Below, one piece after another: positions 8,379 through 17,779 of a stretch of DNA of 64,000 nucleotides. Location of the stretch: NCBI GenBank assembly GCA_035498175.1, contig DATKAJ010000105.1:9482-73481 (forward strand), written 5' to 3'. This stretch comes from Burkholderiaceae bacterium (GTDB taxonomy: Bacteria > Pseudomonadota > Gammaproteobacteria > Burkholderiales > Burkholderiaceae_F). The notes beneath the pieces are model-generated. The model saw only the letters and a list, made by a program, of their open reading frames with translations, was not told the DNA's origin and searched no databases. Position numbers and translations under genes: made by a program. Each line of letters starts with the position of its first letter. Within the stretch, counting starts at the first letter, position 1.

Positions 8379-8813
8379 ATGCCGCTCAACATCCTGTACA
8401 CCACCCACGCCATTGCCGTGGGCGGCCGCAACGGCCACACGCGCAACCACGATGGACTGATCGACCTCGATCTATCGGTACCGAAATCGATGGGCGGCCC
8501 GGGCAAGCCCAACACGACCACGCCGGAAGACCTGTTTGCCGCCGGCTATGCCGCCTGCTTCGGCAGCGCCTGCGACTTCGTCGCGAAGTCGATGCTCAAG
8601 CTCAATCCGACAAAGATCACAGTCGACTGCGCCGTCGGCATCGGCCGCGACGAGGCGCAGCGCTTCGGGCTGAAGGTCGATCTCACCGCGACGCTGGAAG
8701 GCCTGACCCAGGCCGACGCCGACCGCCTCGTCGCCGAGGCGCACAAGGTCTGTCCCTACAGCAACGCGACGCGCAACAACGTCGAGGTGACGTTGAAAGC
8801 CAGGGCTGCGTAG
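8379..8813 (+). CDS. ohr: organic hydroperoxide resistance protein (Ohr/OsmC family)
   Basis: PEDLFAAGYAACF and VCPYSNATR motifs carrying the two catalytic Cys; 144 aa. Confidence 0.9.
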   Translation: MPLNILYTTHAIAVGGRNGHTRNHDGLIDLDLSVPKSMGGPGKPNTTTPEDLFAAGYAACFGSACDFVAKSMLKLNPTKITVDCAVGIGRDEAQRFGLKVDLTATLEGLTQADADRLVAEAHKVCPYSNATRNNVEVTLKARAA

Positions 8814-9187
8814 CGCTCCTCTGGCGCGAGCGCCGCGCGCTCGCACCTGTACTCGTCGGAACGGAGAGCCGGTCGATGCCACTCCGCAACGCGGCGCGCA
8901 CTCCGTCAGTCACTTCACCCGCAGACGCGAGATGTACTCGATCAGCGCCAGGGTCCGGGCACGGACTAAGGCATTCGGGTCATACGGCGTGTCGGCATCG
9001 GGGTGGGCGCAATGGGTACGGGAAGAGTGCTCGCCTTTGTACTTCGGCGAAGCGCGCGGCTGCTCCGGAGCGGAGCCGACTCTTCAGTCTCGAACGTGCA
9101 CGCAGTGCGCGTAACCGTCGCCACTGCACGCTGCACTGGCCGACGCTGTCGGCCATGGCGTACACGAGCGACGAACTGCGAGGAGCG

Positions 9188-9853
9188 CTATCTCTTTCGC
9201 GCCAACGTCAGCCCGTCGCCGAGAGGCAACAGTGCGAGGTCCACTCGCTCGTCACGCACGAGCTTGGCGTTCAGCGCCTGGAGGGCCGCGGTGTCGGCAT
9301 CCTGGGCCGGATCGACGGGCTGCGCGACGCGACCGCTCCACAGCACGTTGTCGATCGCGATCAGCCCGCCGGTGCGCAGTAGCTGCAGGCAGCGCTCATA
9401 GTAGGCGTCATAACCGCTCTTGTCGGCGTCGATGAACGCGAAGTCGTAGCGGCCCGCCTCGCCCGCGGCGAGGCGCGCGTCGATGGTCTGCACCGCCGGC
9501 TGCAGCACGAGCTCGATCTTGCCGGCAACGCCCCCGCGGTCCCAGTAGGGACGACCGATGCGCGTGAACTCGTCACTGATGTCGCAGGCGAGGATGCGGC
9601 CATCGGCCGGCAGCGCCAGCGCCACGGCGAGCGCGCTGTAGCCGGTGAAGACGCCGATCTCGATCGTGCGGCGAGCGCCGATCAGCTTGACCAGCATCTG
9701 CAGCGCCGCGCCCTGCTCCGGGGAGATCTGCATCTGCGCGCGCGGGTGCGATGCCGTCGCCTCCCGCAGTTTCGCAAGCTCGGGGTGCTCGCGGTTGTGC
9801 TTCAGCACGTAGTCGTGCAGCTTGTCGTCGATCGTCAGCGTGCGTCGGCTCAC
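9188..9853 (-). CDS. class I SAM-dependent O-methyltransferase (caffeoyl-CoA OMT-like)
   Basis: IEIGVFTGYSALAVALAL, FAFIDADK and GGLIAIDNVLW motifs. GTG start at 9853, 6 nt after AGGAAGGA. Confidence 0.8.
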   Translation of the reverse strand: MSRRTLTIDDKLHDYVLKHNREHPELAKLREATASHPRAQMQISPEQGAALQMLVKLIGARRTIEIGVFTGYSALAVALALPADGRILACDISDEFTRIGRPYWDRGGVAGKIELVLQPAVQTIDARLAAGEAGRYDFAFIDADKSGYDAYYERCLQLLRTGGLIAIDNVLWSGRVAQPVDPAQDADTAALQALNAKLVRDERVDLALLPLGDGLTLARKR

Positions 9854-9912
9854 TCGACATCCTTCCTCGGTTGATATTCGGCACCCGGCATCAAGGGGCG
9901 CCGGTCGTGCCG

Positions 9913-10935
9913 CTACTTGCCGTAGCGCTGACGCGCAAGCTCGACACCCTTGCCGAGTGCGGCGAGCTTGGCCAGCGCGACCTCGCGCTTCATCGGCGCC
10001 ATCCCGCAGTTGGTGCAGGCGAGCAGGTGCTCCCGGCCGACGAACTGCAGCGCCTTGCCGATCGTATCGGCCACCTGCTCCGGCGTTTCGACGACGTCGG
10101 ACGCGACATCGATGACGCCGACCAGCACGTCCTTGCCTTCGAGCAGCTTCATCAACTCCATCGGCACTTTCGAGTTCATGCACTCGAGCGACACCGCCTG
10201 GATCGTGCTCTTCGCGAGCGCCGGGAAGATTTCCTCGTACTGCCGCCACTCGGAGCCCAGCGTCGCCTTCCAGTCGACATTGGCCTTGATGCCGTAGCCG
10301 TAGCAGATGTGCACGACCGTGCGGCAGGTGAGTCCCTGCGCCGCGCGATCGAGCGCGCGGATGCCCCAAGCCTTCACGTCGTCCATGTAGACGTTGAAGG
10401 CCGGCTCGTCGAACTGGATCACGTCGACGCCATCGGCCTGCAGCGCGCGCGCCTCCTGGTTCAGCAACTCGGCGAAGGCCATCGCCATCTTGGCGCGGTC
10501 ACCGTAGTAGCGGTCGGCGACCGTGTCGACGATCGTCATCGGGCCGGGCAGCGTGATCTTCAGTTTCTTCTTCGTGTGCTGGCGCGCGAGCTTCGCCTCG
10601 ACCTGGTGCACCCGTCCCTTGAGCTTCAACGGGCCGACGACCTGCGGCACCATCGCCTTGTAGCGCTCCTTGCGGATGCCCATCTCGACCTTGTGCTCGA
10701 AGTCGATGCCGTCAACGGACTCAAGAAAGCCGTGCACGAAGTGCTGGCGCGACTGCTCACCGTCGCCAACGATGTCGAGACCGGCGTCTTCCTGCTCTTT
10801 CAGCCACAGCAGCGTCGCATCGCGCTTCGCAGCGGCGAGTTCGGCACCGGAAAGCTTCCACTGCGGCCAGAGCTTGTCGGTTTCGGCGAGCCAGCCGGGC
10901 TTGGGCAGGCTGCCGGCGATCGTGGCTTCGAACAT
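9913..10935 (-). CDS. cobalamin-independent methionine-synthase-like methyltransferase (MetE C-terminal domain family)
   Basis: 340 aa. MFEATIAGSLPKPGWL, VVHICYGYG and ACTNCGMAP (Zn-ligand His/Cys pattern). Confidence 0.8.
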   Translation of the reverse strand: MFEATIAGSLPKPGWLAETDKLWPQWKLSGAELAAAKRDATLLWLKEQEDAGLDIVGDGEQSRQHFVHGFLESVDGIDFEHKVEMGIRKERYKAMVPQVVGPLKLKGRVHQVEAKLARQHTKKKLKITLPGPMTIVDTVADRYYGDRAKMAMAFAELLNQEARALQADGVDVIQFDEPAFNVYMDDVKAWGIRALDRAAQGLTCRTVVHICYGYGIKANVDWKATLGSEWRQYEEIFPALAKSTIQAVSLECMNSKVPMELMKLLEGKDVLVGVIDVASDVVETPEQVADTIGKALQFVGREHLLACTNCGMAPMKREVALAKLAALGKGVELARQRYGK

Positions 10936-10965
10936 CGTTTGCTCCCGGATTGAGGAGCAAACGAT
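10934..10965 (-). promoter_or_regulatory. 12-bp perfect hairpin sequestering the SD and start codon of the MetE-like gene
   Basis: mRNA sense: AUCGUUUGCUCC-UCAAUCCG-GGAGCAAACGAU-G. The 3' arm holds GGAG and the AU of the AUG. Confidence 0.45.
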
Positions 10966-10980
10966 ACAGGCCCGGAACGA

Positions 10981-11841
10981 TCAGGCCGCGCCCTGCAGCT
11001 CACCGATCAGTTCGTCCTTCTGCTCCCACAGGGTGTTGATCCACGCCTGCATGCCATTCCGGAACGCCGCATCTCCGGCATAGTCGCCCGCGAGCAGCGC
11101 CTGCGGAATCTCGCGCTGCTGCACGCGCACGGTGACCCGGCGCAGCCGCCCCGACAGCAGCGTCCAGAAGGTCGGCGCGCCATCCGGGTAGACGATCGTC
11201 ACGTCGAGCAGCCGATGGAACTGGCTGCCGAGCGTCGTCAGCGCGGTGGCGATGCCACCGACCTTCGGCTTCAGCAGGTGCGCGTAGGGGGAACGCTGGG
11301 CGTCGTGCTTCGCCGGCGTGAAGCGCGTGCCCTCGAGGAAACTGATCACCGAGGTCGGCACGGTACGGAACTTCTCGCAGGCCTTGCGCGCGCGCTCGAG
11401 GTCCTGGGCACCCGCAAGGCCGCCGCGGCGCCGCATGAACGGGAAGTCGAGCGCCCACCACGCCAGCCCGATGACCGGCACCCAGATCAGTTCGCGCTTG
11501 AGAAAGAACTTCAGCAGCGGAATGCGGCGATTGAAGATTCTCTGCAGCACCAGGATATCGGCCCAGCTCTGGTGATTGCTCGACACCAGGTACCAGCCGC
11601 GCGGCTCGAGCCCGTCGACACCCCGCACGTCCCAATGCGCGGTAGCGGGCGCGACCCAGGCGTTGTTGACCGAGATCCAACTCGTGGCGATCGCATTCAT
11701 CGCCCGGTCAGTCACCTGCCGCACCGCGTGAAATGGCAGCGCGATCTTCAGCAGGACAAACGGGACCATGCAGACCACGCCCGCCAGCGTGTTCAGCATC
11801 AGTACCAGCGTGGCCAGTACGCCGCGCATCGTCTGCAGCAT
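10981..11841 (-). CDS. lysophospholipid/1-acyl-glycerol-3-phosphate acyltransferase family (YihG-like)
   Basis: HQSWADILVL (HX4D) and FLEGTRF motifs. Start uncertain (ATG at 11841 or 11829, or the ORF start at 11913). Confidence 0.75.
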   Translation of the reverse strand: MLQTMRGVLATLVLMLNTLAGVVCMVPFVLLKIALPFHAVRQVTDRAMNAIATSWISVNNAWVAPATAHWDVRGVDGLEPRGWYLVSSNHQSWADILVLQRIFNRRIPLLKFFLKRELIWVPVIGLAWWALDFPFMRRRGGLAGAQDLERARKACEKFRTVPTSVISFLEGTRFTPAKHDAQRSPYAHLLKPKVGGIATALTTLGSQFHRLLDVTIVYPDGAPTFWTLLSGRLRRVTVRVQQREIPQALLAGDYAGDAAFRNGMQAWINTLWEQKDELIGELQGAA

Positions 11842-12092
11842 GGTCCGCGAAGGGTACGTGAAGGGTACGCGGAAACCCGAGCGCCGGTCATGCGGACGGT
11901 TGAGGCAGCGCAATGCCTGGCGTCGTCGCCGCCGCGGGTGCGAGCCACCACTTCAAAAAAGGCCGCTCCCGCCCGCCCTTTTTGCAGGTTGGGGCTTCGC
12001 CTACCCACGCGAACATGCGATCTCGAATGATTCCGTTCGGCGGGAACGGACCGCGGCGCAAGCGCCGGCCGGGCCCCCGGGCAGGACGCAGG

Positions 12093-13244
12093 ATGCAGCA
12101 AGTGTCTTCCGCCGTGGCCGAGCCTTCGAGCCCTCCGCTCGAGGTGCCTCTGCGCTATCGCCATACGGTCACCTACGGCGACAAGGTGCGGTGGCTGCCA
12201 CCGTACCGCCTGATTCCCTCGTTCGCCAGCGCCGACGGGCAAAGTGCCGTGTACCGGCGCCGGTCGCAGGTCGTGCTGACCAGTGACAGCGAGAACGATT
12301 CCGGCGGGCAGGCGACGAGCTTTGCGCTGCCTGACAGCGAAATGAAGGTGCGCATCGACCAGTACGGCTATGCGCGCTTGATCCGGCCCACGCGCTCGTC
12401 CCAGCATGTCGATCCGCTTTCGAACCTCGTCGACGGCGCGGCCGACATGGAGCGCGAAGCCGCGCTCGCGGTCTGCGCGCACCTGAATGAGCACGTCGAT
12501 GCGATGGCGCTGCCCCAGCGCTGGACGCCGACGCCCGACATGCAGCTGGTGCCGCTTTCCGTGCGGCCGTTTGCCGAGACGGCCCCCGAAATGCCGAAGC
12601 CGATCGGCACGCGGGCGGGCAAGCACGTCTACGACCAGCAGGCGATGACCGACTACCTCGACGATCGTGCGCGCTGGACCAAGCGCAAGTTCGCATGGGA
12701 ATCCGGGCAGAAGGATCTGCAGGCGCACAGCCAGCGCGCCGCCGCGGGCGACCTGCAGGCGATGCACGATCACCTGCTCACCTGCCTGAAGGACATCCTG
12801 TGGCCGCTGCCGGCCACTGTCAGCTTCCAGTTCGACGACGTCACCGGCGTGCGCATGGACGTGCAGCTGCCACTGCTGCCGACGCTGCCGGATCGCGAAG
12901 CCGCGATCGACTACGGCAACCGCGTGATCGTGCGCCGCATGTCAGAGGTGATTCACACCAAGCTGCACAACCGCCACGCGCTCGGCCTGATGCTGCGGCT
13001 GACCGGCGAGGCCTTCGCCGCACTTCCGACCGTGCAGCAGGTGACGATCTCCGGGCGGCAGCAGCCACCGGACCGTCGCCCGCCACGCTACGTCGTCACG
13101 GCACGCGTGCAGCGCAAGACCTGGCACACGCTATTCCAGCGCGGCGTTGCCACCGGCGATGCGGCCCAGTGCCTCGAGCAGATCGAGTCGCGCGTAAACC
13201 TCACGGGCCTCGGCGCCTTCCTGCCGATCGAAGCTTTCGACTGA
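12093..13244 (+). CDS. hypothetical protein (no family recognised)
   Basis: Long ORF with coding-like GC3. Start uncertain (11913, 12015 or 12093). Confidence 0.5.
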   Translation: MQQVSSAVAEPSSPPLEVPLRYRHTVTYGDKVRWLPPYRLIPSFASADGQSAVYRRRSQVVLTSDSENDSGGQATSFALPDSEMKVRIDQYGYARLIRPTRSSQHVDPLSNLVDGAADMEREAALAVCAHLNEHVDAMALPQRWTPTPDMQLVPLSVRPFAETAPEMPKPIGTRAGKHVYDQQAMTDYLDDRARWTKRKFAWESGQKDLQAHSQRAAAGDLQAMHDHLLTCLKDILWPLPATVSFQFDDVTGVRMDVQLPLLPTLPDREAAIDYGNRVIVRRMSEVIHTKLHNRHALGLMLRLTGEAFAALPTVQQVTISGRQQPPDRRPPRYVVTARVQRKTWHTLFQRGVATGDAAQCLEQIESRVNLTGLGAFLPIEAFD

Positions 13245-13376
13245 GGGCGGCAGCGCCCAGGCGCAGCGCCCGGCCACTCCGGTATTCGATTCGACCGCCC
13301 TCTGCGGTCCACTCGCTCGGCTGCTCACGCACTCGGCTTGGTGGCGGTCACAACGCTCAGCACAGTCTTGTCCAGA

Positions 13377-14999
13377 ATGGGCGGCATGAACCCGCCCAGA
13401 ACTCCACAGGCTCCGCAGGCGCGCATGGTTACAGCCCTGGCCGCTGTGGGACATCTGATCGAGACGCACATCTCGTACGTCGTCCTGACGGGCACGCGCG
13501 CGTACAAGATCAAGAAGGCGATCCGGCTGCCCTTTCTGGACTTCACGAGCCTCGAAGCACGCCGCAAGTACTGCGAGCAGGAGCTGCTGCTGAACCGCCG
13601 ACTCGCACCGTCGATCTATCTCGACGTCGTCCCGGTCACAGGCACCGTCGACGATCCCGAGCTGAACGGCACGGGCCCGATCCTCGACTACGCGGTGAGG
13701 ATGCGCGAGTTTCCGCAGTCGGCGCTGCTGAGCAGCACGCTCGGCAGGCGCGAGCTCACCCCGGCGCACGTTGACGCATTGGCGCGCCGGGTCGCGAACT
13801 TTCACCTCGGGATTCCCGCTGCAGCGGCCGATTCACCCTACGGCGACCCCGACGACCTGCTTCGTCTCGCGCTCGACAACTTCGACGAGATCCGGTCATC
13901 GACCCGGGGGGCACTTGAGCGCGGCGAGGTCGCGGAGCTCGAACGCTGGACCCGGCGACAGCATGCCGCCCTGCGCAGGATCCTTGAATGCAGACGTGAA
14001 AGCGGGTTCGTTCGCGAAGGCCACGGCGACCTGCATCTGGGCAACATGGCACTGGTCGACGACTCGATCACGATCTTCGATTGCATCGACTTCAACGATC
14101 GACTGCGGTGGATCGACGTCATGAACGACGCGGCGTTCACCGTGATGGATCTGGTCGACCGGCGCCGGCCGGACTTCGCCAACCGGTTTCTCAACGAATA
14201 CCTCGAAGTCACCGGCGACCACGGCGGGTTGCCGCTGCTGCCGTTCTATCTCGTCTACCGCGCGATGGTCCGGGCCAAGGTGGCCTGCGAGCGGGCCATG
14301 CAACTGCCCGCGGGCGCTGCCCGGGGGCAGGTGCTCGACGAATATCGCGACCATCTGCAACTCGCGGCCGGCTTCGCGAGCGCGCGCCGCCCCGGGCTGA
14401 TCCTGATGCACGGCTACTCGGGCTCCGGCAAGACGACGCTCGCGCGGGCGTTGCGCGAGCGCCTCGGCGCCATCCACCTGCGCTCCGATATCGAGCGCAA
14501 GCGACTGCACGGGCTGCGCAGCGGGGCGCGCACGGAAAGCGCCATCGAAAATGGCCCGTACTCGGCGGCGTCGACGCGTGCGACGTACGAACGGCTGCTC
14601 GATCTCGCGTTGCAGGTCACCGCCGCCGGCCTCGTCGCGCTGGTCGATGCCGCCTTCCTCCAGCGATGGCAACGCGACCTGTTCCGGCAACGGGCCGCGC
14701 AGGAGCATCTGCGGATCTGCATCGTCTCGGTCCGCGTCCCGGAGCCGACACTGCGCGCGCGCGTCGCGCAGCGCTCGCTACGTCAGGACGATGCCTCCGA
14801 GGCCAACGTCGACGTGCTCGCGCACCAGCTGCGAACGGCTGATCCCATCGGTACCGAAGAGGCCGCGAACGTTGTCGTGCACGATGGGTGCACCGATTGC
14901 GCGGACTCTCGCCTGACCGAGCTCTCGCAGACGCTGTCCGAGCGACTGTTCCTCGGCGGTGCGAGCATCTTTGCGCGGAGCGACGGCGGCGTCGGCTGA
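13377..14999 (+). CDS. bifunctional aminoglycoside-phosphotransferase-like kinase / P-loop ATP-binding protein
   Basis: APH-type catalytic loop HGDLHLGNM...DCIDF, then Walker A HGYSGSGKTTLA. Start uncertain (the track ORF begins at TTG 13338). Confidence 0.75.
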   Translation: MGGMNPPRTPQAPQARMVTALAAVGHLIETHISYVVLTGTRAYKIKKAIRLPFLDFTSLEARRKYCEQELLLNRRLAPSIYLDVVPVTGTVDDPELNGTGPILDYAVRMREFPQSALLSSTLGRRELTPAHVDALARRVANFHLGIPAAAADSPYGDPDDLLRLALDNFDEIRSSTRGALERGEVAELERWTRRQHAALRRILECRRESGFVREGHGDLHLGNMALVDDSITIFDCIDFNDRLRWIDVMNDAAFTVMDLVDRRRPDFANRFLNEYLEVTGDHGGLPLLPFYLVYRAMVRAKVACERAMQLPAGAARGQVLDEYRDHLQLAAGFASARRPGLILMHGYSGSGKTTLARALRERLGAIHLRSDIERKRLHGLRSGARTESAIENGPYSAASTRATYERLLDLALQVTAAGLVALVDAAFLQRWQRDLFRQRAAQEHLRICIVSVRVPEPTLRARVAQRSLRQDDASEANVDVLAHQLRTADPIGTEEAANVVVHDGCTDCADSRLTELSQTLSERLFLGGASIFARSDGGVG

Positions 15000-15105
15000 C
15001 TCGGCGCCGAGAGGATCACGCCCGGGTCGGCCCGTTGACTCCGGTCAACAGCACCGTGGCGGCGGCTCCTAGGCTGGAATCGGGAATTGTCTCCGGCCCA
15101 GGGAG

Positions 15106-15600
15106 GTGCCCATGAAGGTCGGAACCGTGGCAAGCCGTGTGGTGATCACCGCGCCTCGCAACATGCCGGTCGCATCTGCGGCGCGATTGATGCGCGAGCA
15201 TCACCTCGGAACGCTGGTCGTCATCGACGAGTCCGGATCAACGGTCCAGCCGGTCGGTCTCGTGACCGACCGCGATTTCATGATGGAGGTGCTGGCGCAG
15301 GGCGTGGACCCGGACGTTGTCACCGTCGGTGACCTGCTCAGCCGTCCGCTGGTGACCGTCGCCGAGGAAGCTTCACTGGTCGAGGCCATCCACCTGATGA
15401 ACCGCAACGGCATCCGACGGCTGGTCGTCGTCGACGCAGCCGGCAACCTGGCTGCACTGCTGTCAATGGACGACATCGTCGGTGTACTGGCGGAGGAACT
15501 GACCGGTATCTCGCAGGCCATCGAGAGCGAGCAGCGCACCGAGCGTCGTCAGCGTCCGGCCACCGACAGAAGAGCCATGCGAAGCGAGGTGAGAACATGA
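15106..15600 (+). CDS. CBS domain pair protein
   Basis: Two CBS-like repeats (VVITAPRNMPVASAARLMREHHLGTLVVID... and LVTVAEEASLVEAIHLMNRNGIRRLVVVD). GGGAGG SD. Confidence 0.8.
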   Translation: MPMKVGTVASRVVITAPRNMPVASAARLMREHHLGTLVVIDESGSTVQPVGLVTDRDFMMEVLAQGVDPDVVTVGDLLSRPLVTVAEEASLVEAIHLMNRNGIRRLVVVDAAGNLAALLSMDDIVGVLAEELTGISQAIESEQRTERRQRPATDRRAMRSEVRT

Positions 15601-15899
15601 CGCGCAAGATGCACAAAGCTGATTCAGTGGAGCCGGCACCGCCGGCCGATGCCGAGCCGTCGCGCGTCGTTGCGCGGCCCGATGGGTACTACTGGGTTGC
15701 GGATGACGGCAGGCAGGAATTCGGGCCGTTCGCGACAGCGGCCATGGCGCTGCTGGCGATGAGGGAGGGTCTGGAAACCGCGCTGGAAGCCGGCGAATCC
15801 GTCGCCGAGGCTGAAGCAGAGATCGGCATCGCCGACTGGGGCGATCCCGAGACCGGCGAGCCCGCCGAGGACAGCATCACGCGCATCGAAGAGCATTAG
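15597..15899 (+). CDS. acidic hypothetical protein
   Basis: 100-aa ORF with a 4-nt overlap on the CBS gene. Asp/Glu-rich C-terminus. Confidence 0.45.
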   Translation: MTRKMHKADSVEPAPPADAEPSRVVARPDGYYWVADDGRQEFGPFATAAMALLAMREGLETALEAGESVAEAEAEIGIADWGDPETGEPAEDSITRIEEH

Positions 15900-15967
15900 C
15901 GGGCGCGGTCCCGCCATGCTGTTCCTCCCGACGGCGAAGCGTGCGGCTTCCGCACCGCGATCGAGCA

Positions 15968-17314
15968 ATGAACGGGCCGTGCGCGTCGGCGCTCACGACT
16001 GACCTGTACCAGCTGACGATGTTGCAGGCCTACTGGCACCATCGGATGGATGGCGTCGCCGTGTTCGAACTCTTCGTGCGCAAGCTTCCAAGCGAGCGCG
16101 CGTTCCTGGTCGCGGCGGGACTCGAACAGGCGCTCGACTTCATCGAGCAGGCGCGCTTCGACGCCGAGGAGCTCGCATGGATCGAGCACTGCGGCACGTT
16201 CGCGCCGGGATTCGCCGAGTGGCTCGCCTCGATGCACTTTCGAGGTGACGTCTGGGCGATGCCCGAGGGCACGGTGTTCTTCCCCAACGAGCCCATCCTG
16301 CGCGTGGTCGCGCCGATCGCCGAGGCGCAGTGGCTCGAGACGCGCATCCTCAACCTGATCCACTTCCAGACCGTCGTCGCGAGCAAAGCGGCGCGCGCGG
16401 TGCTTGCTGCTGACGGCCATGGCCTCATCGATTTCGGCCTGCGACGCGCGCACGGCGCCGAGGCCGGCGTGCTGGCCGCGCGTGCCTCGTACCTGGCGGG
16501 ATTCGACGGAACCGCCACCGCCTGTGCCGGGCCGCGCTTCGGGATCCCGGTGTTCGGCACGATGGCGCATTCGTTCGTGCAGGCACACGACGACGAGGCG
16601 GCGGCGTTCAGCGATTTTGCCGAATCCTTTCCCGCCAATGCGGTGTTGCTGATCGACACCTATGACACGGTTGCAGGCGCGCGCCGCGTCGCCGAACTTG
16701 CGCCGCGGCTCGCCGCACGCGGTATCCATGTCAAGGGCGTGCGTCTCGACAGCGGTGACCTCAATGCGCTGTCACGCCAGGTGCGCGCTGTGCTCGACGA
16801 TGCCGGGCTCAGCGACGCCATCATCTTCGCGAGCGGCAACCTCGACGAGCATCGCGTCGGCGCGCTGATCGCAGCCGACGCGCCGATCACAAGCTACGGC
16901 ATCGGCACCAGCCTGACCACGAGCAGCGATGCGCCCTACCTCGATGCAGTCTACAAGCTGCAGGAATACGCGGGCCGCGCGCGGCGCAAGCGCTCGTCGG
17001 GCAAGGCGACCTGGCCGGGCCGCAAGCAGGTATTCCGCCGCATCGGTGCCGATGGCCGCTGCGCAGACGACACCGTGGCGCTCGATTCCGAGCGCCTGCC
17101 AGGCGAGCCACTGCTGGTGCAGGTGATGCGCGGCGGCGTGCGCGTGACGATGCCAACCTTGCCGGAGGCACGCGCACACTGCAAAGCGCAGCTCGCGACG
17201 TTGCCGGCCGAACTGCGAAGGCTCGACCCGCCGTGGCCCGTGTACCCGGTTGCAATCTCCGCGGCGATCGCGGCGCTCGCCGACGAGGTCGACCGCGCCA
17301 CGTCCGCGCGGTGA
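15968..17314 (+). CDS. pncB: nicotinate phosphoribosyltransferase
   Basis: LTTDLYQLTMLQAYW N-terminus, ...FGTMAHSFVQAH..., LLIDTYDT and GVRLDSGD motifs. Confidence 0.85.
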   Translation: MNGPCASALTTDLYQLTMLQAYWHHRMDGVAVFELFVRKLPSERAFLVAAGLEQALDFIEQARFDAEELAWIEHCGTFAPGFAEWLASMHFRGDVWAMPEGTVFFPNEPILRVVAPIAEAQWLETRILNLIHFQTVVASKAARAVLAADGHGLIDFGLRRAHGAEAGVLAARASYLAGFDGTATACAGPRFGIPVFGTMAHSFVQAHDDEAAAFSDFAESFPANAVLLIDTYDTVAGARRVAELAPRLAARGIHVKGVRLDSGDLNALSRQVRAVLDDAGLSDAIIFASGNLDEHRVGALIAADAPITSYGIGTSLTTSSDAPYLDAVYKLQEYAGRARRKRSSGKATWPGRKQVFRRIGADGRCADDTVALDSERLPGEPLLVQVMRGGVRVTMPTLPEARAHCKAQLATLPAELRRLDPPWPVYPVAISAAIAALADEVDRATSAR

Positions 17315-17352
17315 ATTCGCGTTGGGGAGAGAATGGCGCAGGATCTTCCGCG

Positions 17353-17775
17353 ATGCCCGCCGGGCTGCCTCGCTACGACTACTTCGACCACGATGCCGAC
17401 ACCGGCGTGATCGGCCGCGGTGAATCGGTGCCACAAGCCTTCTTGCGCGCGGCCGAGGCGACGTTTGCGCTGATGTGCGACCCGCTGACGATCGAGCCGC
17501 GTGAGCGGATCGACGTCGACTTCGATGAGGACGATGTGGAGCTTGCGCTCGTCACCTGGCTCAACCTGCTCCTCGCGCATGCCAGCGCGCGCGGGCTCGC
17601 ACTCGGTCGCTTCGAGTTGCAGAAAGAGAACAACCATTGGCGCGGCAGCGCCTGGGGTGAGCCCTGGCGCTGCGGGATGGATCGTGGCACGCAGGTCAAG
17701 GGCGCGACGCTGACCGCGCTGCGGGTCACGCGGCAGGGGCGCGGCTGGGAAGCGCGCTGCGTCGTCGACCTCTAG
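17353..17775 (+). CDS. archease
   Basis: YDYFDHDADTGVIGRGES...FDEDDVELALVTWLNLLL...GTQVKGATLTALRV typical of archease; 140 aa. Confidence 0.8.
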   Translation: MPAGLPRYDYFDHDADTGVIGRGESVPQAFLRAAEATFALMCDPLTIEPRERIDVDFDEDDVELALVTWLNLLLAHASARGLALGRFELQKENNHWRGSAWGEPWRCGMDRGTQVKGATLTALRVTRQGRGWEARCVVDL

Positions 17776-17779
17776 GACC

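Noticed and set aside
9751-10953. 400-aa plus-strand ORF.
   Set aside because: It is antisense to the MetE-like gene and the O-methyltransferase 5' end. It is a shadow ORF.
10936-10980. Cobalamin or SAM riboswitch ahead of the MetE-like gene.
   Set aside because: The spacer is only ~45 nt, far too short for those riboswitch classes. Only a simple hairpin is present.
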